From NCBI GenBank assembly GCA_965216755.1, contig CBDCGL010000011.1:4608001-4672000 (forward strand): 64,000 nucleotides of DNA. Reading direction: 5' to 3'. Below the pieces are notes generated by a model. The model was not told the DNA's origin. It saw only the letters and a list, made by a program, of their open reading frames with translations, and ran no database searches. The DNA is from Alphaproteobacteria bacterium (GTDB taxonomy: Bacteria > Pseudomonadota > Alphaproteobacteria > UBA7887). Below are positions 1 to 7,306 of the stretch, in pieces; positions within the stretch are counted from its first letter, which is position 1; every line of letters begins with the position of its first letter. The translations under genes and the position numbers were made by a program.

Positions 1-1278
1 GAAGATGGCGCATATTACGGTCACCCAAATCCGGCGCGTGACGAGTGCGTATTTGGAGACGGGGCTCTGCAAGGTGTTGCCCCGCTACCAAACTACGTGG
101 GTCCAATTGCGAATTTGGGCCGGTCACGGTCATCGAACGGGGTCATTGAGTTTGGCGGGCCAGCTTTTTGCAGTGAATTGGCGGGCGATCTAATCCTTGC
201 AAATTTTGTGACCGGTGACCTCACGCGGGTAAGGCTGGGCCGGGATGGTCTGCCGACACGTATCGGCAGTTTTCTGAAGGATTTTGACTGGCCGTTGCCG
301 CTTGCCCAAGCAGGCGACGGCGCGGTTTTCGTTGGCGAGTTCGGTGCGTCGTTGCTAACGGTCCTGATCCCCGGAGATGGTTGCTGGCGTAACGATTATG
401 CGGTTGTGCCAGAACGTATTGCCGATCCTGGCGGGACGATCATTGATGGGCGCATCTATGTGGTTGCGGGTAAGACACCGGCGGGGCCGCAAAGCTGGCT
501 GCATATCTATGACATCGACTCGAATACGTGGCGACGCGGGCCGGACATGCCTGGAACGGGCGTCGAGGATGCGGCCGTGGTGGCACATCAAGGTCAGGTC
601 TATGTATTCGGTGGCGCGCCAAAGCCGTTCAGCGGCGCGCTTGACCAGGCATCAGTGTTTGATCCGACGACCGAAACGTGGCGGTTACTCGCCTCTTTAC
701 TGCGTCCGCGGTCCGGGGCGGTGGCGCAAGCGCTCAATGGCGAGATTTACGTGGTCGGTGGGATGGACCCAGAAGGCGCGTCGCTGGATACTCTCGATAT
801 ATACGATCCTGAAAATGATTCATGGCGGCCAGGGCCGTCGATGTCGACCCGCCGCGACAATCCTGGTGCGGCCGTTGTCGAAGGCAAGCTATATGTATTT
901 GGCGGCCGGACGCGTGAGGCTGATGGGGTGAACAGTCTGGGTGAGTTGGAATCCATTGAGATCTTTGACCCGGTGGCTGGTGCGTGGCATCCCGGTGCGC
1001 CGATGCCCACTGGGCGCCGCCGAATGGTGGTTGGCGTCGATGGCGACCGAATCCGCGTCGTCGGTGGTGAACAGCCGCCCGACGGTTCGGCCTTCGCGGC
1101 CAACGAAGAGTACGACACGACAACCGACACCTGGCGAACATTGGCGCCGTTGCCAACGCCGCGCCATGGCGCGGTCGGGGGCACGACCGACGGTGTCACT
1201 TGGGTTGTCGCCGGCTCACCGGGCCGTGGTATTTTTGCGATCGATGCTGTCGAGAGTTTTTCGCTGGATCCGCACTGA
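1..1278 (+). CDS. Kelch-repeat beta-propeller protein, 5'-truncated by the window edge; N-terminal part resembles a glucose/sorbosone dehydrogenase-type propeller
   Basis: Frame is open from base 1 (EDGAYYGHPNPARDEC...). About six Kelch repeats (e.g. GQVYVFGG, GEIYVVGG, GKLYVFGG followed by [YF]DP...W). Confidence 0.85.
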   Translation, partial: EDGAYYGHPNPARDECVFGDGALQGVAPLPNYVGPIANLGRSRSSNGVIEFGGPAFCSELAGDLILANFVTGDLTRVRLGRDGLPTRIGSFLKDFDWPLPLAQAGDGAVFVGEFGASLLTVLIPGDGCWRNDYAVVPERIADPGGTIIDGRIYVVAGKTPAGPQSWLHIYDIDSNTWRRGPDMPGTGVEDAAVVAHQGQVYVFGGAPKPFSGALDQASVFDPTTETWRLLASLLRPRSGAVAQALNGEIYVVGGMDPEGASLDTLDIYDPENDSWRPGPSMSTRRDNPGAAVVEGKLYVFGGRTREADGVNSLGELESIEIFDPVAGAWHPGAPMPTGRRRMVVGVDGDRIRVVGGEQPPDGSAFAANEEYDTTTDTWRTLAPLPTPRHGAVGGTTDGVTWVVAGSPGRGIFAIDAVESFSLDPH

Positions 1279-2429
1279 TGCGTATCGGTTATCTTCATGA
1301 TTTGGACAGTGGCCAGCCAACATCAGGCGGAGCCATCCACGTTCGTAATTTGGTTGGAAAATTGGTGGCGCAAGGCCATAATGTTCATACATATGATTGT
1401 GAGACAAATAGATTATGTACAGTGTATCGGAGCGACTCACAGGGCATGGACGCTCTGCTTGCGAATATTGATGTTCTATATGTGCGCATTGATGGAACGT
1501 TTATCCATCAGGAACCCCTAATCCTTTCAACAATGGAGCGGCGCGGTCCAATTCCGATGGTATGGGAAGTCAACGCACCCGCGGAGGAGGAACTGTTGCG
1601 GCACCAGCAGGAGATCTTGCGGTCGGGGCTGCGAAAAAACCTGACACAACGGTGGCGGCGACAAGCTTTGAACAAGCGTATCGCGCTTGAAAACGACACA
1701 CGGCGTCGCTTGGCGTCTTCCGTGCGGGCGGCGATTTGCATGTCAGACGCCTCAAGGGATTACGCGGTCGAAGACTTGGGGGTCGACCGTGCGATTGTCA
1801 TACCTAACGGTGGTGATCCGGAGATGTTTAGCCCAGAAAGGGCAAATCATAGCTTTTATTCGCAATTTGGAAACGCGTTTCGGGTTGTCTACGCGGGCGA
1901 CTCGAGGTGGCCTTGGCAGCCGTTCGACACGATTTCGCAAGTCGCCGAGCTGGCGCATAGCGTTCGTGCCGATGTGCAATTTATTGTCCTCGATAACGCG
2001 CCGAGCGTGACGCCGAGAATGCCAAAGAATGTCAGCGTGTACGCGCGCATTCCCTACGAGGAGGCGTCGGCCTATATCGCGGGCGCGGATTTGGCATTAT
2101 GTCTTTATCGCGATGTCGCGAAGCTCAAGCACGGCTTCCATCTTTCGCCGCTGAAATTGTTCGACTACATGGCCTCCGGTCTTCCAGTTGTGGGATCGCG
2201 TTTGGGCCAAATTGCGCAGATCATTGAGGAAGGCGAGACCGGTTGGCTCGTCGACGACGAGCCGCTCGAGATCTATCACGCCATATCCGAGGCTCAGAAG
2301 AATCCCATACGCGCCGCGTCAATGGGCGCTGCCGGTCGCGCGCGTGTCATGGCACAACATACATGGTCGCATGTTGCCGAGAAAACGGCGGCGGTTCTAG
2401 CGCGGGCCGTTGACGAGAACGGGACGTAA
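1278..2429 (+). CDS. Glycosyltransferase family 4 (GT-B)
   Basis: ATG overlaps the upstream TGA. Motifs VIPNG and SPLKLFDYMASGLPVV...GETGWLV. Confidence 0.9.
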   Translation: MRIGYLHDLDSGQPTSGGAIHVRNLVGKLVAQGHNVHTYDCETNRLCTVYRSDSQGMDALLANIDVLYVRIDGTFIHQEPLILSTMERRGPIPMVWEVNAPAEEELLRHQQEILRSGLRKNLTQRWRRQALNKRIALENDTRRRLASSVRAAICMSDASRDYAVEDLGVDRAIVIPNGGDPEMFSPERANHSFYSQFGNAFRVVYAGDSRWPWQPFDTISQVAELAHSVRADVQFIVLDNAPSVTPRMPKNVSVYARIPYEEASAYIAGADLALCLYRDVAKLKHGFHLSPLKLFDYMASGLPVVGSRLGQIAQIIEEGETGWLVDDEPLEIYHAISEAQKNPIRAASMGAAGRARVMAQHTWSHVAEKTAAVLARAVDENGT

Positions 2430-2440
2430 AGTGCGCCGGA

Positions 2441-2956
2441 TCAATGGGCATCGACCCTGGGCAAGCGCCCCTCGGTGACCATGACGCGGAGTTCGTCGCA
2501 CGGCAATTTGCCTTCGGAGAATCCGGGCACATAGGTGTCGATGTCCTTCGAGAGCGATTGATCCTCGAGCGTGCGCACGTGGACAAAGCTTTCGACAGCG
2601 GCGCGTGTTAGCTCATAGGATTTCTCGTCATCTAGGTAAGTGCGCCAGGTGACTTGGATGTGCATACGCGCGCGCTCGTCGTCGAGGTCTCTTGGAACAT
2701 CGTGAAACATGGCTTCAAACCACCTGTGACGCATTCGTCCGAAGGGCTCGCCGCGCATCTGAAGCGCATCAGACGCCGGCAACTCAAAATCCCGATGGCG
2801 CGCTTCGGTGAAACGGTAGAATCCGTTAGCGGTACAAATCGGTTCGAAAAAGACAAGGGGATGATACAAGAAGTAGTCGATGTTGCGATAGAAGGAAAAC
2901 CCCAATACGACCAGAAGCAGCACAATCGTTGTGCGTCTTGTGATTTTCGTGTTCAT
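2441..2956 (-). CDS. Membrane-anchored hypothetical protein, array paralog A3 (putative immunity protein)
   Basis: Starts MNTKITRRTT, then a hydrophobic helix, FEPIC, and C-terminal LDDEKSYELTRAAV...GKLPCDELRVMVTEGRLP. Paralog of 3563-4063 and 4669-5169. Confidence 0.8.
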   Translation of the reverse strand: MNTKITRRTTIVLLLVVLGFSFYRNIDYFLYHPLVFFEPICTANGFYRFTEARHRDFELPASDALQMRGEPFGRMRHRWFEAMFHDVPRDLDDERARMHIQVTWRTYLDDEKSYELTRAAVESFVHVRTLEDQSLSKDIDTYVPGFSEGKLPCDELRVMVTEGRLPRVDAH

Positions 2957-3017
2957 CGGATGTCGCGGTTCGTGTGATGGCGGATGGACGAAGTCTTGGC
3001 GATCACGAGGGCAACCC

Positions 3018-3488
3018 TTATTTTGGCGGGATCTTCTCGCCGAAACGCGCCATGGCACCCATGGCGGGGCAGGAGATGAATGAATGGGGTTGGCCGCGGA
3101 GGTCGGGCAGCTGCTGATGGCAATTGTGTGGTGTTTCCCACGGCGCGCGGTCTGCCGCAAACAGAAATACATTGATGATTTCGTCTGTGTACATACCGAG
3201 ATGGTCACGACTCTGCACATAGGACCGGCGCACATGGAGTTCGCCATCTTTGCGCTTTTGCGCAAATGAAGCTCCAATACAGTGTTGAAATGTGTCGACC
3301 GCGGCGCGGTTGAACTCCGGGTGGAACGGCGGTTCCACTTTTTTTGAGCCGGCATTGCGCCAACCGTCGCAGGCCGGCGTAAACGGTGTTACGTGAAACT
3401 GTGTTCCGATGACTGCGTTGATGGTCATGGAGACGGCCAAAATGAGGGCAATGATAGCGATGGAAACGTACTCAATCCTTTTGGTCAT
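3018..3488 (-). CDS. Membrane-anchored hypothetical protein, array paralog B3 (putative immunity protein)
   Basis: N-terminal TM helix, VIGTQF, PFHPEFNRAA, KDGELH and four conserved Cys. Paralog of 4103-4594 and 5236-5706. Confidence 0.8.
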   Translation of the reverse strand: MTKRIEYVSIAIIALILAVSMTINAVIGTQFHVTPFTPACDGWRNAGSKKVEPPFHPEFNRAAVDTFQHCIGASFAQKRKDGELHVRRSYVQSRDHLGMYTDEIINVFLFAADRAPWETPHNCHQQLPDLRGQPHSFISCPAMGAMARFGEKIPPK

Positions 3489-3562
3489 GGGCGATCCACT
3501 GTCGGTGAGCAGAAGGTCCTCGTGTTGTCCACGGTGCAGTGCCTAAGCTGGTGTTGGCGTGT

Positions 3563-4063
3563 TCATGGCAATCGCCCCTCGGTGACCATGATGCGGAGTT
3601 CGTCGCACGGCAATTTGCCTTCGGAGAATCCGGGCACATAGGTGTCGATATCCTTCGAGAGCGATTGGTCCTCGAGCGTTCGCACATGGACAAAGCTTTC
3701 AACTGCGGCACGCGTTAGCTCGTACGACTTTTCATCATCCAGGTAAGCCCGCCAGGTGAGTTGGATTTGGTTGGTCAACCGCTTGCCGTCAAATTCTTGG
3801 GGCACATCGAATATCATGGCCTTAAACCAATCTCGGCGCATGTGTCCGAATGCCTCGCCGCGCATCTGCAACATATCAGAGGTGGGCAGTACGAACTTTC
3901 GGTGGTGGGTTTCAACGATGCGATGAAGCTTGTTGTCGTTGCAGATCGGTTCGAAGAAAACAAGCGGATGGTAATTGAAGTAGTCCATATTGCGGTAGAG
4001 CGAAAACAGCGATAAAATCGAAAGTATAACAATCGTAATATATCTTGTGATTGTCGTATTCAT
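3563..4063 (-). CDS. Membrane-anchored hypothetical protein, array paralog A2
   Basis: 166 aa with the same motifs as A1 and A3. Confidence 0.8.
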   Translation of the reverse strand: MNTTITRYITIVILSILSLFSLYRNMDYFNYHPLVFFEPICNDNKLHRIVETHHRKFVLPTSDMLQMRGEAFGHMRRDWFKAMIFDVPQEFDGKRLTNQIQLTWRAYLDDEKSYELTRAAVESFVHVRTLEDQSLSKDIDTYVPGFSEGKLPCDELRIMVTEGRLP

Positions 4064-4102
4064 GAAATGCCAGCCCTCTCGCTATGCTGGTGGATGGGAT
4101 AT

Positions 4103-4594
4103 TCAATAGTCCGAAAACGATCCTTTTTTCGGTGCGACCTTTTTTCCGTGTCGCGCCATGGTGCGTATCGCCCCACAGGAGATGAAGGGACCATAGTGAC
4201 CGCGAAGCTCAGGGAGTCGTGTGTTGCAGTTGTGTGGGGCTTGCCAAGGCGAACGTTCCGCCGCAAACAGAAATACATTCACGATTTCGTCTGTGTCCAT
4301 CATGCGATTATCGCGATGTCGAACGAAGGACCGCGGTAAATGCAATTCGCCATCTTTGTGTTTTTGCGCAAATGGACCATCGAAACAATGCTGGTACGTG
4401 TCAATAGCGGCGCGGTTGAATTCGGGATGAAATGGCAGCGCTATTCTTTCTGGCATTTTGCCTCCCCATTCTTCGCATCGCGGCATAAAAGGAACGGTGT
4501 GAAACTGCGTGCCAATGACAACGTTGATGGTCATGGAGACAGCCAATATGAAGGCAACAAAAACAATCGAGACGTACTGAGATTTCTTGGTCAT
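4103..4594 (-). CDS. Membrane-anchored hypothetical protein, array paralog B2
   Basis: 163 aa with the same motifs as B1 and B3. Confidence 0.8.
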   Translation of the reverse strand: MTKKSQYVSIVFVAFILAVSMTINVVIGTQFHTVPFMPRCEEWGGKMPERIALPFHPEFNRAAIDTYQHCFDGPFAQKHKDGELHLPRSFVRHRDNRMMDTDEIVNVFLFAAERSPWQAPHNCNTRLPELRGHYGPFISCGAIRTMARHGKKVAPKKGSFSDY

Positions 4595-4668
4595 GGGAGA
4601 TCCATCGTTGGTTGGCAGAACGTCCTCGTGTTGTCCACGGTGCAGTGCCTAAGCTGGTGTTGGCGTGT

Positions 4669-5169
4669 TCATGGCAATCGCCCCTCGGTGACCATGATGC
4701 GGAGTTTGTCGCAGGGCAACTTGCCTTCGGAGAATCCGGGCAGATAGGTGTCGATATCCTTAGAGAGCGATTGATCCTCGAGCGTTTGCACATAGACAAA
4801 GCTTCTGACAGCGGCGCGTGTTAGTTCATAGGACTTCTCATCGTCCAAAAAAATTTTCCAGGTCAACCGTATCTGCTCCGGTTGATACATGTAGATGATT
4901 CTGTAAATGGCACTCTCAAACATCGTTCTGAACCGATTTCCGCGCATATGCGCAAATGTTTCGCCGCGTTCCTGGAACGCGTCGGAAGTCGGTCGAACGA
5001 AGTTCCTATGGTGGGCGTCGGTAATCCGCTTATATCCGCTATCAGTACAGATCGGTTCAAACAAAACCAATGGCAGCTCGTTGAGATGTTGCACGTTCCG
5101 GTGGAGCGAAAATGCGAGGAAAATCGCGAGTACCATGATGCATAACGTTCTCGTGAACCGTGTACTCAT
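4669..5169 (-). CDS. Membrane-anchored hypothetical protein, array paralog A1
   Basis: 166 aa with the same motifs as A2 and A3. Confidence 0.8.
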   Translation of the reverse strand: MSTRFTRTLCIMVLAIFLAFSLHRNVQHLNELPLVLFEPICTDSGYKRITDAHHRNFVRPTSDAFQERGETFAHMRGNRFRTMFESAIYRIIYMYQPEQIRLTWKIFLDDEKSYELTRAAVRSFVYVQTLEDQSLSKDIDTYLPGFSEGKLPCDKLRIMVTEGRLP

Positions 5170-5235
5170 AGCGTACTATCTATAGATGTCGTTTTTTGGT
5201 GAAGCCGTTCGTCCGGAGTTTGCGGGAATGCCAAG

Positions 5236-5706
5236 CTACTGCGCGTCTAAATGTTGGCCGCGACGGACAACAGCATCTATTGCCGCGCAATAGTGGTCGC
5301 CATCCGTTCGACCTGCCACGGCGGGCGGCATACTGCTGCACTTATGCGATGAATAAGATGGTCCGCGATCGGGCGCATAGAGGAATACGTTTAGGATAAA
5401 GTTTGTTATGCGATGTCTTGCTTCAAGGTCTTTTGAATGTATGGGAACAACGTGGAGTTCACCGTCTTTGCCCATTTGGGCAAACGACCCGCCAAGGCAA
5501 TACTGGAGTGCGTCGACGGCGGCCTGATTAAACGTCGGATGAAACGGCAACTCGATATCATCTGGAACTTCACCGCGTCGCAACTCGCAATAGGGCATGA
5601 ATGGTGCCACCGGAAATTGTGTGCCGATGACGGCGTTGAACAGCATGGACCCGGCGAGAAGCACGGTCAGAACGACGATTGCGATATGTGCGGTTTTTTT
5701 CGGCAC
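5236..5706 (-). CDS. Membrane-anchored hypothetical protein, array paralog B1 (first gene after the putative toxin)
   Basis: GTG start (VPKKTAHI) aligns with MTKK/MTKR of B2/B3 and gives the same 471-bp length as B3. Starts just after the stop of 5714-7054. Confidence 0.75.
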   Translation of the reverse strand: MPKKTAHIAIVVLTVLLAGSMLFNAVIGTQFPVAPFMPYCELRRGEVPDDIELPFHPTFNQAAVDALQYCLGGSFAQMGKDGELHVVPIHSKDLEARHRITNFILNVFLYAPDRGPSYSSHKCSSMPPAVAGRTDGDHYCAAIDAVVRRGQHLDAQ

Positions 5707-5713
5707 GGCTGAA

Positions 5714-7054
5714 CTAGTCGGGTTGTTCAATCCATTGAAATTGCGGGTTGGTAAATTTGCCGTTGACTCGCTGGACCGAGCCGGTCACGCGCTCGCGCCA
5801 ACTTGATTTAATGTCGAAGGGTGCACCAAGGCCGTAGATTTGAAGCATGTTGCCCTGCTCGGCCGAAATGCCTTTATTGTCGAAATTGAAGGTGTCCTCG
5901 AATTCGAACAGGACGTCACCGTCGATATGGTAGTGCTGGCCCCGTCGTGTCACGCTGAAATCACCGCTCGACTTGAGCTTCGCGCTCTTGAAGGCGAGGT
6001 AATAGTCGCGATCGCTTATTGCCTGAAAGGGGTTGCGATAAGGGTCTCGATCCCAGTGATCGGATATGTCAATAGTGTCGCCATCGCGCAGGCTCTTGAG
6101 TTTGTTTTCAAACAACAGTTTAGTTCCCGCGGCCTTGCCGCGATCATCGTCATCACGTTTCAACTGAAAGCCGAGAACGAACCGATTCCTGTTTTTCTGA
6201 GCCGCCTCTTGGACCGGCTCGTAGGATCGAATCATTTGGGACGGTAGGGCAATGTTTCGATCTTTTCGTGGAAGCTGCGCAGCGTCCAAGAAGTGTCGGG
6301 TCAAACGGCCGAGCATGGGCATGCCGAAAGACGCGGCGGTGTCGGCAATGAAGTTGAATTGACGATGTGCAGTTCCAAGCTCGGTGTCCGGACCGTGAAG
6401 ATCCGACAGAAAGACGCCAGAGGGGGATCGATGGGGCTCCGCGGGTCCCGAATAGTGTGCCGCCGCCCGCAGCACATCGTTTAAATCATCGCCGGGCGCG
6501 TCGTTTTCACGGACATTGCGGATGCCCTGACGATTTGCAGCAACGCCGGGCGTGGGCGGGCCGTAATTGGGATTATTGTCCGCCTCCGGTAGGTTGTAGC
6601 GAACGGCATCATAGATCGTGTCGTTGCGCGACGGCTCATTGAGCGGGAAGGGCCGGAGCGGCGGTGATGGCTTCGGCGGCGCAATTTCCGGGTGCAATAT
6701 GGGCGACGGTTCAAAAAGTCCGTTGCCAACAGAACCAAACTGCGAATTGACGGGCGCCAACTGTGCCAAGGCCCGGAGTGGAAAGGGCGGCGGGCCCAAG
6801 GGCGCGGCGGCAAAGTGCGCTGTAAATGGATTTGGTGGCAGAGGCGCGGCACCGGCGACCGGCCGTGCCGGCGTGGGATTCGATAGCGGAGCGGGTTTGC
6901 GCGGCGGTCGTGCGGGATCTGGCGCGGCAGATGTTCGGTGTTCGAGTTCCGCCAATACCTCACGAATCGTCTGCTCGATTTCTTGGGAACGCGTAAGTTT
7001 CGGCTGTCTGCCATGCGGCTCTTGCTGCCGCTCGGAGATCGATCGTATAGCCAT
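5714..7054 (-). CDS. Hypothetical protein with Pro-rich N-terminal region and colicin M-like C-terminal domain (putative toxin/effector)
   Basis: 446-aa ORF with a Pro/Ala-rich stretch at about residues 45-170. C-terminal LAFKSAKLKSSGDFSVTRRGQHYHIDGDVLFEFEDTFNFD resembles the ColM catalytic region by eye. Function is inferred. Confidence 0.6.
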   Translation of the reverse strand: MAIRSISERQQEPHGRQPKLTRSQEIEQTIREVLAELEHRTSAAPDPARPPRKPAPLSNPTPARPVAGAAPLPPNPFTAHFAAAPLGPPPFPLRALAQLAPVNSQFGSVGNGLFEPSPILHPEIAPPKPSPPLRPFPLNEPSRNDTIYDAVRYNLPEADNNPNYGPPTPGVAANRQGIRNVRENDAPGDDLNDVLRAAAHYSGPAEPHRSPSGVFLSDLHGPDTELGTAHRQFNFIADTAASFGMPMLGRLTRHFLDAAQLPRKDRNIALPSQMIRSYEPVQEAAQKNRNRFVLGFQLKRDDDDRGKAAGTKLLFENKLKSLRDGDTIDISDHWDRDPYRNPFQAISDRDYYLAFKSAKLKSSGDFSVTRRGQHYHIDGDVLFEFEDTFNFDNKGISAEQGNMLQIYGLGAPFDIKSSWRERVTGSVQRVNGKFTNPQFQWIEQPD

Positions 7055-7089
7055 GATCAGTATCCAATAAAAAAGGCATATAACAACGT

Positions 7090-7118
7090 ATTATACAATA
7101 ATTCGTAGGGCGCTGCAA
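7090..7118 (-). promoter_or_regulatory. sigma70-type promoter TTGCAG-N17-TATAAT
   Basis: On the minus strand, -35 TTGCAG at 7118-7113, a 17-nt spacer, and a perfect -10 TATAAT at 7095-7090. Lies in an AT-rich patch ~35 bp upstream of the ATG at 7054. Confidence 0.7.
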
Positions 7119-7306
7119 CTTAAAATTGAAACCGGGATAGAGCCGGTGTCTGACGCGTGCCGATCTGTCTTGGCACGTCGCCCAGAATGCCAAGAATAAT
7201 CCCCGGCGGCGGCGACGTCATGGCGAGAGTTAGGCGATATTGTGGCGGAGAGAGTGACGGGTGCGGCCGTCACATCGGCCGAATCGAACAGATCGACCAA
7301 AAAGCC

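Larger units (their letters stand above)
2441..5706 (-). repeat. Three-fold tandem repeat of a ~1.1-kb two-gene (B-A) unit
   Basis: Homologous positions are offset by 1106 bp (3488/4594, 3563/4669). 3516-3600 is identical to 4622-4706 over 85 bp. A third copy of the A 3' end lies at ~2466-2635. Confidence 0.95.

Noticed and set aside
2957-3355. N-terminal extension of the 304-aa ORF 2441-3355
   Set aside because: It overlaps paralog B3 in another frame. Alignment to A1/A2 places the real start at 2956.
2441-5706. Array as a CRISPR, DGR or integron cassette array
   Set aside because: Units are ~1.1-kb coding duplications rather than short repeat-spacer units. Differences are not confined to adenines. 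No reverse transcriptase, Cas or integrase is present, and I found no convincing attC (RYYYAAC...GTTRRRY) pair in the spacers.
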